Part shown: positions 17,986 to 27,676 of the stretch, one piece after another
How positions within the stretch are numbered: the first letter of the stretch is position 1
Layout of the letters: each line of letters begins with the position of its first letter
Assembly: GCA_016839765.1 (NCBI GenBank)
Contig: JAEOTP010000016.1
Location: forward strand, 96,001-160,000
DNA from: Promethearchaeota archaeon
Lineage (GTDB): Archaea > Asgardarchaeota > Lokiarchaeia > Sigyniarchaeales > SOKP01
Direction of reading: 5' to 3'
DNA: 64,000 nucleotides
The notes under the pieces: generated by a model
What the model was told of the DNA's origin: nothing
The model's database searches: none
The model's input: the letters and a program-made list of their open reading frames with translations, nothing else
Position numbers and translations under genes: made by a program

Positions 17986-18840
17986 TTTTTTTTCTCTTTT
18001 AAGCTGATTGAAATAATTTAAATCTTCAATAGTATCAATATCGTAAAAATTTTTTCTTGAATCTATTTTAAATGGAAATATATTTTGATGTTGCTTTAAA
18101 TATATATTTAATATTTCTCTAATTTCCTCTACTGGATTACTTTTAGAAAGTTTATTTAAAATTTCTAAAAAAGAGTAGTTTAAGACTAATATTGGAATAA
18201 TACGTTTAAGATATATTTCTTTGGGAACTGAATTTATATCGATCTTTTTAATTTCTTTAATTTTAATTTTTGGTTTAGTTTCATCAGATTCTAAAATTGA
18301 TATAAAATTAATTCTCCCTTTACCAGATTTATATAAATGTTTGGCTTGAATTTCTTGGTAAAAAATATAAGGGCTAGTTAGAAGTAATTCAAATTTTTCG
18401 TAAATAAAACTAAAAATTTCTTTTAATAACTCAATATTGAAAATTGTATCCCCAGGAAAAACAATAAATACATTACCCTTCTTGTAAATAATCTTGTTCT
18501 TCATTATGGAAAGTAAAGAAAACATTGGTCCCTTCTTATAATCTTGGCCTGAATTAACTATAAATAATTTATTTTTTAAATTCCGATGCTCTTTTATTAA
18601 TTTATCCAAAAAAGCTTCAATTTTTTCACTTAGATATCCAGTAACAACAGCAATTTTAGATACTCTTAATATACTAAGATCTCTAATTAAATAATTAAGT
18701 ATGGTAATGTTATTAAGAGCATTTATTTTAATTAGTGGTTTAGGAATTTTTTGATTAATTTTACTATATCTAGTTCCTTTACCAGCACATAAAATTATAG
18801 GTATTATACTTTTTTCTTTATTCTTCTTTTGTGGTAACAA
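17974..18840 (-). CDS. Sugar-phosphate nucleotidyltransferase family protein (true start possibly ATA near 18807)
   Basis: ILCAGKGTR...PKPL, PGD, YDIDTIEDL. Confidence 0.85.
   Translation of the reverse strand: MLPQKKNKEKSIIPIILCAGKGTRYSKINQKIPKPLIKINALNNITILNYLIRDLSILRVSKIAVVTGYLSEKIEAFLDKLIKEHRNLKNKLFIVNSGQDYKKGPMFSLLSIMKNKIIYKKGNVFIVFPGDTIFNIELLKEIFSFIYEKFELLLTSPYIFYQEIQAKHLYKSGKGRINFISILESDETKPKIKIKEIKKIDINSVPKEIYLKRIIPILVLNYSFLEILNKLSKSNPVEEIREILNIYLKQHQNIFPFKIDSRKNFYDIDTIEDLNYFNQLKREKKGGQ
17986..18000 (+). terminator. Oligo-T archaeal terminator of the candidate ncRNA
   Basis: TTTTTTTTCTCTTTT immediately follows the terminal helix and ACC. Confidence 0.55.
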
Positions 18841-19735
18841 TTGGATTTCCTTCCATATCTATTATAATTGTATGTTCTTGCTGGGCTACAGGGGCACCAG
18901 TCCTTTCAAGTAATATTGGATAATGATCAAGAATCTTCTTACGTAAAAATCTATCAATTATTCCTTTAATATCCTTTTTTAAAATGCCGTTTTTCTCCAG
19001 TAATCGAGGTGAAAATGGAAGGCGATTAGTTATTTTTTCTACTTTATTCATTAAATCTAGATCTTTATAGGAGAGCCCTTTTTTAATCTTTTTAACAAAA
19101 CGATAAATGTAAGACTGTGCTCCATTTACAACTTTACCAACTCCTGATGTGGTAAAGGGTTCACACGCATAAGCATCACCCGGTTTTAAAACTTGATTAT
19201 GACTGGTATCTTTAAAATTTGGTATAAATGGACCAGCATGCAGATTATATCTTTTTAATTCATGACCTCCGAGATTAGTAATTGGTCTTAAACCATAATT
19301 AATAATTTTTTCAGCAATAGCTTCTCCTAACTCATATAATTTAGTTCCTGGTTTGAAAATAGCAATAGCGGCTTCAAGACCATCATTTGCTGCATCAATA
19401 TAATTTTGAAGGGTTTTATCATTATTAATATTGAATGTAATGGCAGAATCAGCGATATATCCTTTATAATGAGCCCCCAAATCAATTTTTAATAATCCCC
19501 TATCCGGTACAATTGTTTCATCATCAATAGAAGGGCTATAATGAGCAGCAATCTTGTCCAAGGAGATATTTATTGGAAAAGCTAATTCGCATCCTTGGTT
19601 AAATATTTCATCTTCACATTTATTTGCAATTTCTAAAAATAATACTCCCGGTTTAATAATCTTTTTAGCCAATTTTTTTGCATATATTACAGCTTTACCG
19701 GCTTTTTTATATGATTCTATCCATTCTTCAGTCAT
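18818..19735 (-). CDS. map: Methionine aminopeptidase, type II
   Basis: AFPINIS, AAHYSP, KIDLGAH..GYIADSA, NLGGH, EPF, QQEHT. ATG at 19735 preferred over 19756. Confidence 0.95.
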   Translation of the reverse strand: MTEEWIESYKKAGKAVIYAKKLAKKIIKPGVLFLEIANKCEDEIFNQGCELAFPINISLDKIAAHYSPSIDDETIVPDRGLLKIDLGAHYKGYIADSAITFNINNDKTLQNYIDAANDGLEAAIAIFKPGTKLYELGEAIAEKIINYGLRPITNLGGHELKRYNLHAGPFIPNFKDTSHNQVLKPGDAYACEPFTTSGVGKVVNGAQSYIYRFVKKIKKGLSYKDLDLMNKVEKITNRLPFSPRLLEKNGILKKDIKGIIDRFLRKKILDHYPILLERTGAPVAQQEHTIIIDMEGNPIVTTKEE

Positions 19736-19766
19736 AATTAATAAAGAGTTTATCATTAAAATCTTA

Positions 19767-21089
19767 TTAGGGTGTTAATCTATCAGGTGTTCTAGGATAC
19801 ATAACGGATTCTCTAATATCGTCCAAGCCACATAAAAATGTAATCCAGCGTGCTATACCTAAACCAAATCCTGCATGAGGAGGCATACCAAAACCAAAAG
19901 CATTAAGATGAGATTCAAATGAAATTGGATTTAATCCTTTTTCTTCAAGTGCTTCAATAAGTTTTTCTTTGTTATGTACTCGGGTTCCACCTGAAGTTAA
20001 TTCAAGCCACCCCATTTGTAAATCGAATGATTCGCTATATTTTGGATCTTTTGATGGCTGAATGTAAAATGGTTTTATAAGCATTGGCCAATGGGTAATG
20101 TAGTAATAACCTGTGATCTCTTCTCCTAATTTACGATAAGCCTCTGTAGAAATATCTTCACCCCATTCTACGTTAATTTTAAATTCTTTAGTTATTAAAT
20201 CGAGGATTTCATCATAAGTATATCTTGGAAGCGGTATTTCTGGAACGATAGTCTTATTATCCATTTTTAAAATTTTTAAAGCTGGCATTTTATTTTTTCT
20301 TATATCCTTAATGACATTGTGGACCATTTCTTCTAAGATCTTGAGGACATCATTCATATCTGCAAAAGCCATTTCTAGATCTAATGTAAAAATCTCACAT
20401 AAGTGTCTTTTAGTGCGGCTTTTTTCAGCTCTAAAGCAAGGACTTATTTCGAATACTCTTTCATATACACCACTAAGTTGTTCTTTATATAGCTGAGCTG
20501 ATTGTGTTAGAAATGCCTCTTTATCAAAGTACATAATAGGGAATAATTCTGTACCACCTTCAGTAGCCGATCCAATAATTTTTGGGGTTGTAATCTCGGT
20601 AAAATCTCTTTCTAATAAAAAATTTCTAATAGATTTTAAAACTTCTGCTCTAATTTCAAAGATCGCTTGACTTCTTAAAGATCTTAAATCTAAAGCCCTA
20701 TTATTTAACCTTAGATCTAATTCAGAATTAGTTTCTCCAGTCATATCAATGGGAAGCTTTTCAGGAGTTTTGTTTAATATTTTTAATTTCGATGGAATAA
20801 TCTCAATTCCTCCAGGAGCTTTATCAAATCTCTTTACTTTACCTTTTACCATTATACAATATTGATAACCCAACTTAGCTTTATCGAAAATTTCATCCGA
20901 AACTACACCTTTTTTTAAAGTTATTTGCCGTTCTCCATACTTATCTTGAAGATTAATAAATTTTAAGCCACCAAGATCTCTAAAATTTCTCACCCAACCT
21001 CCGAGGATTACCTCTTTATCTATAAACTCTTGAGTTATATCTTTAGTGTAATGGGATTTTCTCCAATCTGCTAATTCATCAAGTGCCAT
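19767..21089 (-). CDS. aspS: Aspartate--tRNA(Asp/Asn) ligase, archaeal type
   Basis: OB fold, [39 protein letters not shown]. Confidence 0.95.
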   Translation of the reverse strand: MALDELADWRKSHYTKDITQEFIDKEVILGGWVRNFRDLGGLKFINLQDKYGERQITLKKGVVSDEIFDKAKLGYQYCIMVKGKVKRFDKAPGGIEIIPSKLKILNKTPEKLPIDMTGETNSELDLRLNNRALDLRSLRSQAIFEIRAEVLKSIRNFLLERDFTEITTPKIIGSATEGGTELFPIMYFDKEAFLTQSAQLYKEQLSGVYERVFEISPCFRAEKSRTKRHLCEIFTLDLEMAFADMNDVLKILEEMVHNVIKDIRKNKMPALKILKMDNKTIVPEIPLPRYTYDEILDLITKEFKINVEWGEDISTEAYRKLGEEITGYYYITHWPMLIKPFYIQPSKDPKYSESFDLQMGWLELTSGGTRVHNKEKLIEALEEKGLNPISFESHLNAFGFGMPPHAGFGLGIARWITFLCGLDDIRESVMYPRTPDRLTP

Positions 21090-21172
21090 ATTTTTAATTT
21101 TTATGATTATTATTACCTAAATTAAAATTTGAAAAGGAAATTAACAATAAATTTTTTGCTATCTTATAATGA

Positions 21173-22684
21173 TTGATCATGCCAAATCTAATTTGGAGTG
21201 GAAAAAAAGATCAATATAATTTCTCAAAATTAAATTTCAAAAATAAAGAACTTTTACAAAAAAGCAAGCAGGATCTAGGAATTTTGTTTGAAAGATACCA
21301 ACACAAAACATTAGATAATAATCTTGAGAAAGATTGGCAAAATCTTCTTATTTGGGGAGAAAATAACAAAATTATGCATTTATTATTAAAGGATTTTTCG
21401 GGCAAAATCAATCTTATTTATATTGACCCCCCATTCGCAACTGGCGGAAATTTTAATTATAAAATCCATATTGGAGAAAAGAATTTTAGTGAGTCTGCAA
21501 AAGCATATTCAGATATTTGGAAAGAAGGTTTAGAGGCATATTTATCATTTTTGCATGAACGCTTGATGTTAATGAAACATTTACTTTCTGAAAATGGAAG
21601 TATTTATGTTCATTTAGATTGGCATGTTAGCCATTACATAAAGATTATTTTAGATGAAATATTTGGAATTGAAAATTTTAGAAATGAAATAATATGGTCA
21701 TATCCAGCAGCTTCAGTTCAGACAAGAAGATTTTTCATCAGATCTTATGATGTAATCTTATTTTATACAAAATCTGATGATTATATTTTTAATGATAATC
21801 CAAATATCTATATGGAGTACTCAAATCGAGTAAAAAATGCTTTAAAGAAAGATGAGCATGGAATATTTTATTATCGAGGAGGAAGTCATAATGGAAAAAA
21901 GTTATCTCGTAAAGTTTATGTTAAAGAAGGCGGAATTTTTCCCAGAGATGTTTGGAATGATATTCCTTATATTAGAGCTAATACAATGGAATATCAAGGT
22001 TTTTCAACTCAGAAACCAGAAAGATTATTAAAACGTATTATTTTAGCCTCTTCAAATGAAAAGGATCTTATAGCAGATTTCTTTTGTGGAAGTGGTACCA
22101 GCCTTATTGTTGCTGAGAAACTTAATAGACGTTGGATAGGGTGTGATTTAGCAAAACATGCAATTCATATTACTAGGAAAAGAATTCTGGATATTTCTAA
22201 TAGTAATAATCTTTTTAATTGGAAGGAAACTTATGATCATTATTTTCAACCATTTGAAGTTATCAACCTGAATACAGAATTTAATACTGTTAATATTCCT
22301 GAAAACTTTCTAAAGAAAGAAGATGCAAATATCAATATGACCGGACACCCTAAATTTGAGGTAAAGATTTGTAAAGATGGAAAAAAAGTGTGGATTGAAT
22401 TAAAAAATTATAAATTACCTTATATAAATTTAATAAATGATAAGATTAAACCCAAGATCGTCTCATTTCATGACTTGATTGATTATTGGGCTGTAGATTT
22501 TAATCATAAAGATAATTGCTTTAATAATGTATGGTTCTCATATAAAACAGGTAAAAATCGGAAATTACAATTAACTTCTACTCCATATTATTATAAAGAA
22601 TCAAATCAATACCACATTCAAGTAAAAGTTATTAATGTTTTTGGACAAGAGAATATTCAGAAATACTCTGTTAAAATTAGTTAA
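21173..22684 (+). CDS. Site-specific N6-A/N4-C DNA methyltransferase (beta class), no adjacent restriction enzyme
   Basis: IYIDPPF precedes TQKPERLL and DFFCGSGT. Confidence 0.9.
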   Translation: MIMPNLIWSGKKDQYNFSKLNFKNKELLQKSKQDLGILFERYQHKTLDNNLEKDWQNLLIWGENNKIMHLLLKDFSGKINLIYIDPPFATGGNFNYKIHIGEKNFSESAKAYSDIWKEGLEAYLSFLHERLMLMKHLLSENGSIYVHLDWHVSHYIKIILDEIFGIENFRNEIIWSYPAASVQTRRFFIRSYDVILFYTKSDDYIFNDNPNIYMEYSNRVKNALKKDEHGIFYYRGGSHNGKKLSRKVYVKEGGIFPRDVWNDIPYIRANTMEYQGFSTQKPERLLKRIILASSNEKDLIADFFCGSGTSLIVAEKLNRRWIGCDLAKHAIHITRKRILDISNSNNLFNWKETYDHYFQPFEVINLNTEFNTVNIPENFLKKEDANINMTGHPKFEVKICKDGKKVWIELKNYKLPYINLINDKIKPKIVSFHDLIDYWAVDFNHKDNCFNNVWFSYKTGKNRKLQLTSTPYYYKESNQYHIQVKVINVFGQENIQKYSVKIS

Positions 22685-24070
22685 TTATTTTATAAGTTCT
22701 CTTAATAACATCGTAGCATAGGAACCCTTCTGGAGCGAAAATTCTAGTTTTAATTTAAATTTTTCTCGAAATAAATCATCTTCTGTAAATTCTAATAAAT
22801 TTAGACCAATTGGTTTAATAGTTATAGATCTAAAAGCTCCTTTAAATTCATGATCTCTCAACAGATCACTATTAAAAATATCTTCATCAATGTGTTCCTC
22901 TAAAAATATTTCTTCGATTAGATCTTTCACTAATGGAAATTCATCTAATTCCGTATCATAACCAATTAGAGGGAATATAATAGATGCACGCTTTAATTTT
23001 AAAGCTTCCTTTAAATATTTATCATAATTTCCTCCATACTTATAAATTATCTGAGTAGATTGCCCATCGAAATCATCTAAAATACTAATTACATCACCAT
23101 TTATTGGTTTAAATAATGGGAAACCCTTCATAATCCTCATAGTTAACATCCTGTTAAATAAGTAAGATTGAAAAGAGCTAAGTAATAATTTTTTTAGATA
23201 ATTAGGTAAATTATATACAGCCCCTTTGTAATCACTAGGATTTTCAATTAGGTACTTAATCATAATCTTTTCATAATTCAAACTATTGGGAAATTGATTG
23301 TAGGCTTTTTCAAGATCACCGCTTTTTCTTAATTCATTACGAATTTTTTGAGATCGTATCGATTCTGTGGTATATGAATTGACAACATATTCATCAAAAG
23401 CTTCCTTAAATTTGCCTTCTAAGATAAACCTTCCAATAAGATGCGAATTTGGTCTAAATGTACCAAATCTTTGAAGTCCAAAATAATTTGGAAATCCTTG
23501 ATTTTTAAGAATTTTAAAAATTTTGTTAATTTTTGTTAAGATGTTTTTGAATTTTTCAATATTTCTAATTGTAATTATAAAGTGATTACCCCAATTACTT
23601 CCCAACTTTACAGGCTTTCTTGAAGGGTAAATATTTCTTATGAAAATATCTTTAAGTTTTAATTTTCTCAGTTTTTCAATAAAATTTCCCCTGATAGATA
23701 CTTTTTGCACGCTAATTGAACATTTATCTTTTAAACCTGAATAATAAATCGAATCTAAAGGAATTTTTAGAGCTTTACTTATGAGATTAATTGCTTCAAA
23801 TGTTTCTTTATTTATTTTAATCAAGCTAAAGCTTGTGAATCGGTCTTTTGAGTCTTTAGAGAAAGATGAGCTAAGATTATCTTCCTTAATTTCAAGCGTA
23901 TACCGCCCTTTAATAATTTCCTTTACTATAAAATCTTTGAAATCATATTTATAAAGTCCTCCTATTCCTTTTACATTCGAAGAAGAATAAATTTCTATAT
24001 TTACAAATCTCTCAAGTCTTTTTTCCCCGTTGGCAATATGAATTAGTTTATTTTTACCACTTTCATCCAA
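22685..24070 (-). CDS. truD: tRNA pseudouridine(13) synthase
   Basis: DFIVKE, GLKDK, GNHFII, PNYFGLQRFG, FSLQKGSYATMLLRE. Confidence 0.95.
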   Translation of the reverse strand: MDESGKNKLIHIANGEKRLERFVNIEIYSSSNVKGIGGLYKYDFKDFIVKEIIKGRYTLEIKEDNLSSSFSKDSKDRFTSFSLIKINKETFEAINLISKALKIPLDSIYYSGLKDKCSISVQKVSIRGNFIEKLRKLKLKDIFIRNIYPSRKPVKLGSNWGNHFIITIRNIEKFKNILTKINKIFKILKNQGFPNYFGLQRFGTFRPNSHLIGRFILEGKFKEAFDEYVVNSYTTESIRSQKIRNELRKSGDLEKAYNQFPNSLNYEKIMIKYLIENPSDYKGAVYNLPNYLKKLLLSSFQSYLFNRMLTMRIMKGFPLFKPINGDVISILDDFDGQSTQIIYKYGGNYDKYLKEALKLKRASIIFPLIGYDTELDEFPLVKDLIEEIFLEEHIDEDIFNSDLLRDHEFKGAFRSITIKPIGLNLLEFTEDDLFREKFKLKLEFSLQKGSYATMLLRELIK

Positions 24071-24092
24071 AGTATGTAACCTTCATATTTTT

Positions 24093-24467
24093 TTATAACA
24101 ATTTTAGATTTCCAGTGATAACATCAATATCTTTTGACCTTGCTGGACCAATACCCAAAGCTGTTGTAGTACCTGAAGGTAATTGAGTTAATCCCGCATC
24201 CTTGACTAAAAAATATGGGATTTCTTTTTTATCAAGTTTATCTAAAATTTCGTTTAAATAAATCAAATTATCAATCTTAAGAACTACTTTTTTTTGTCCT
24301 GAATTAATCCAATGCTTCCAAACAGACTTATTTGTTCTCCTAACTAAATCTGCTGCTGAAACTGAGGCATGACAGGATTGAGCACATTTTTTACCAGTAC
24401 CCATTTTTAAATCTGTTCTTATTAAAATAACTTGCTTATATTCTTCCACGGTTACTAAACCTATCAA
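24093..24467 (-). CDS. pth2: Peptidyl-tRNA hydrolase Pth2 (likely GTG start at 24449)
   Basis: [39 protein letters not shown]. Confidence 0.95.
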   Translation of the reverse strand: MIGLVTVEEYKQVILIRTDLKMGTGKKCAQSCHASVSAADLVRRTNKSVWKHWINSGQKKVVLKIDNLIYLNEILDKLDKKEIPYFLVKDAGLTQLPSGTTTALGIGPARSKDIDVITGNLKLL

Positions 24468-24487
24468 TTGTTAAGAAACTAGATGAA

Positions 24488-24997
24488 TTACTCAAATTCT
24501 ATCCGAGTTACTTTCCCAATTAATTCTAATACTAATTCTTCTAATTCTTCTTTAGTAAATAAGATTTCTTCTTTATCTTGAGATCTAATAACAGCCTTAA
24601 ATTCAATATCTCCAGTAGCTAAGAAGATCTCGTTTAAGGAAATTAATTTACTTGGAGCAATTAAAGCTTCTATTACTGGTCTTGGTTTATTCGTTTTTTC
24701 AATAAAAATCAATTCATCTATTTCATATGTTTCTTTTATCCAATTAATTAAATCTTGAGTGATTCTGAGCTTATCTTTTCTTCCTAGAACCAGTATTACT
24801 ACATCTTCAAAATCTATAGCTTTATGAAAAGAAATATCTTTCAAAAAATTAAACTTTTCTTGCTCTTCCAGTGTTAACAAGCCTTTTGCTAAATCTAACT
24901 CAAACTCAGTCAGTTCACCAGTATCTAGCTTTTGTTCACAACTATTGCATAAAAAGCCTGAATTTACACATGTTTGACACGCTGGAAGATTTTTCAT
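24488..24997 (-). CDS. Archaeal NusA-like KH protein with an N-terminal Cys cluster
   Basis: PACQTCVNSGFLCNSC N-terminus, found in the pth2 gene context. Confidence 0.65.
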   Translation of the reverse strand: MKNLPACQTCVNSGFLCNSCEQKLDTGELTEFELDLAKGLLTLEEQEKFNFLKDISFHKAIDFEDVVILVLGRKDKLRITQDLINWIKETYEIDELIFIEKTNKPRPVIEALIAPSKLISLNEIFLATGDIEFKAVIRSQDKEEILFTKEELEELVLELIGKVTRIEFE

Positions 24998-25039
24998 TAT
25001 TTAAACTTAATTTTATATTATTTAAACAATAAATTTCTC

Positions 25040-25234
25040 TTATAATTCAATAACGTCGCACTTTATAGTATTTAGCAGTCTATTTGCTGTATTAGGATCA
25101 GTTTGGTATGTGTATAGGTATTTCTTTGTTCTGAGCTTTAGTTTTACAACATCCTTAATCCTTTTTACTCTACAATGAATCGCGAATTCGGCCAATTCTA
25201 AAAATTTATTTTCATCGAAAATTTCCTTAGGCAT
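25040..25234 (-). CDS. rpl38e: 50S ribosomal protein eL38
   Basis: MPKEI...KF...RVKR...VKLKLRTKKYLYT. Confidence 0.9.
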   Translation of the reverse strand: MPKEIFDENKFLELAEFAIHCRVKRIKDVVKLKLRTKKYLYTYQTDPNTANRLLNTIKCDVIEL

Positions 25235-25437
25235 GATATATCATCCGATATTTAAATGCTTAGAATTCAACTATTTGAATTCTAATTAATTATAAAATTT
25301 GAATTTTTTCATTCAGATACAAAAATTTTAATTCTTTTTACTATTCTTCCATACATCTTTATCTTGTAAATTAAAGATTATTGAATTAAAGCATTTATTT
25401 TTCTAAGCAAATAAAAAAGAAAACGGAGGAAATCGCA

Positions 25438-25602
25438 TTGGCACCTATTGATGACCCTTTCAAAAGAAGAATAGCTAGATATCATTTATTAGAAAAAAGT
25501 GTATGCAGACGATGTGGTGCACTCAATCCAATTAGAGCCAGGAAATGTCGTCGTTGTAGAGGAAAAGATCTTAGGCTAAAAAAAAGAGAATTAACAAAAT
25601 AG
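25438..25602 (+). CDS. rpl40e: 50S ribosomal protein eL40 (absent from the ORF track)
   Basis: TTG start after GGAGG. MAPIDDPFKRRIARYHLLEKSVCRRCGALNPIRARKCRRCRGKDLRLKKRELTK*. Confidence 0.93.
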   Translation: MAPIDDPFKRRIARYHLLEKSVCRRCGALNPIRARKCRRCRGKDLRLKKRELTK

Positions 25603-25771
25603 AGCCTTTTACTAATTTTAACAAAATAAGATTTAATTTTTTATACCTTCAGCTTCTTTTTCTCTTATAATAAATTTTCGTAAACTTTTTTAATTTTATG
25701 ACTTAGAGATCATTATATAACAATTAATTATTGATACAATCAAAACTTAAATTTAGTGAAAGTGAAAAAAT

Positions 25772-27460
25772 ATGGCACAATTAGGAGGTCAACCTATCAT
25801 CCTGTTAAAGGAAGGTACTGAAAGGCAACGCGGGAGAGATGCAATGGAAAATAACATCGCTGCCGCTAAAGCAATTGCTGATGCAGTTAGAACTTCTCTT
25901 GGACCACGCGGTATGGATAAAATGCTCGTTGATCAGTTTGGTGATGTTGTAATTACGAATGATGGAGCTACGATATTAAAGGAAATTGATGTACAGCATC
26001 CTGCGGCAAAAATGATGGTAGAAGTCGCCAAAACTCAAGATTCAGAAGTGGGTGATGGTACAACTACGAGTGTTATTCTTGCCGGTGAACTATTAAAACG
26101 AGCAGAAAAACTTTTACAACAAAAAATTCACCCTACAGTAATTACTGAAGGTTTTCGAAGGGCTGCTGAAAAAGCAATTGAAATCTTAGAAGGAATGTCA
26201 ATTAAGAGTGGAATTGATGACTATGATGGTCTTAAAAATGCCGCAATGACTTGTATGTCAAGTAAAATCGTATCTGAATCAAGAGAAATGCTTGCAGGAT
26301 TATGTATTGACGCTATTAAAGCTATTGCTGAAAAAGATGAAAATGGTAAATGGATAGCGGATATTGAGAAAGTACAAATTCAGAAAAAAGAAGGAGAAAG
26401 CATTGATGATACTACATTGATTAAGGGGATTATATTAGATAAGGAAGTTGTAAGCCCAGGTATGCCAAGAAGCGTGAAAGATGCTAAAATCTTATTATTA
26501 CAAAGCGCTGTGGAAATTGAAAAGACTGAGTTTGAGACTAAACTTCAGATTACAAGCCCAGAACAAATCCAACAATTCTTAGATGAAGAAGAACACATGC
26601 TAAGAAAAATGGTGCAAAAAATCGAAAATTCAGGCGCTAACGTTTTAATCTGTCAAAAAGGAATCGATGATATGGCTCAACACTTCTTAACAAAAGCAGG
26701 GATTCTAACTGTAAGAAGAGTTAAGAAATCTGATATTGAAAAGCTCTCAAAAGCCACTGGAGGTATGATTTTTAATAACTTAGACGACATTACACCAGAA
26801 AAACTAGGTTTTGCTGGTTTAGTAGAAGAACGCAAAGTCATGAACGATAGCTGGATTTTTATCGAAGAATGCAAAGATCCAAAATCAGTTGTAATTTTAA
26901 TTAGAGGAGGAACAGAATTAATCGTTGATGAAGTAGATAGAGCAATCCATGATGCTTTATGTGTAACTAGAGACATTATAGAAGACGAAAAAGTTGTTGG
27001 AGGCGGTGGAGCACCAGAGTTGGAAACCGCAATTCAATTACGTAAATTTGCTCAAACTTTAGGAGGGCGTGAGCAACTAGCAGTAGAAGTTTTTGCCGAT
27101 AGTTTAGATATTGTACCAAAAACTTTAGCGGAAAACGCAGGTTTAGATCAGATTGAAGTCCTCATGAAATTAAGAGCCTCACATCAAGCAGGCAATAAAT
27201 TTGCAGCTATTGATTTAGACACCGGAGATATCATCGATGACATGGTAAAAGTAGGAGTCATAGAACCTACCATTGTTAAAATTCAAGCTATTAAAAGTTC
27301 CACAGAAGCAGCTTCAATGCTACTAAGAATTGACGATGTTATTGCCAGTGCGAAAACTGCAGGACCCCCAGGAGGAATGCCTCCGCCAGGTATGGGCGGT
27401 ATGCCACCAGGTATGGGTGGTATGGGCGGGATGCCTCCGGGTATGGGAGATATGTATTAA
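25772..27460 (+). CDS. ths: Thermosome (group II chaperonin) subunit
   Basis: [31 protein letters not shown]-rich tail. Confidence 0.97.
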   Translation: MAQLGGQPIILLKEGTERQRGRDAMENNIAAAKAIADAVRTSLGPRGMDKMLVDQFGDVVITNDGATILKEIDVQHPAAKMMVEVAKTQDSEVGDGTTTSVILAGELLKRAEKLLQQKIHPTVITEGFRRAAEKAIEILEGMSIKSGIDDYDGLKNAAMTCMSSKIVSESREMLAGLCIDAIKAIAEKDENGKWIADIEKVQIQKKEGESIDDTTLIKGIILDKEVVSPGMPRSVKDAKILLLQSAVEIEKTEFETKLQITSPEQIQQFLDEEEHMLRKMVQKIENSGANVLICQKGIDDMAQHFLTKAGILTVRRVKKSDIEKLSKATGGMIFNNLDDITPEKLGFAGLVEERKVMNDSWIFIEECKDPKSVVILIRGGTELIVDEVDRAIHDALCVTRDIIEDEKVVGGGGAPELETAIQLRKFAQTLGGREQLAVEVFADSLDIVPKTLAENAGLDQIEVLMKLRASHQAGNKFAAIDLDTGDIIDDMVKVGVIEPTIVKIQAIKSSTEAASMLLRIDDVIASAKTAGPPGGMPPPGMGGMPPGMGGMGGMPPGMGDMY

Positions 27461-27676
27461 AGAATTTAATTATTTTTTTTAATTTATTTTTTATTATTAA
27501 TTATTTAATTAATCGTAGTATTAATTAAGGAAATAAGGACTAACTAAATAATCGCTTCTTCTCATTTTTTTAAGTTTCGATTTCGGAGTCCATTTTTGGG
27601 AATTCATTTATACAAAAGTGTTAAAAGTCTAATTATAATCTAATAATATGGAAAAACCTTTTTAAGGTGAAATTTA

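Noticed and set aside
27360-27460. GC-rich low-complexity repeat
   Set aside because: Ordinary GGM/PPG chaperonin C-terminal tail.
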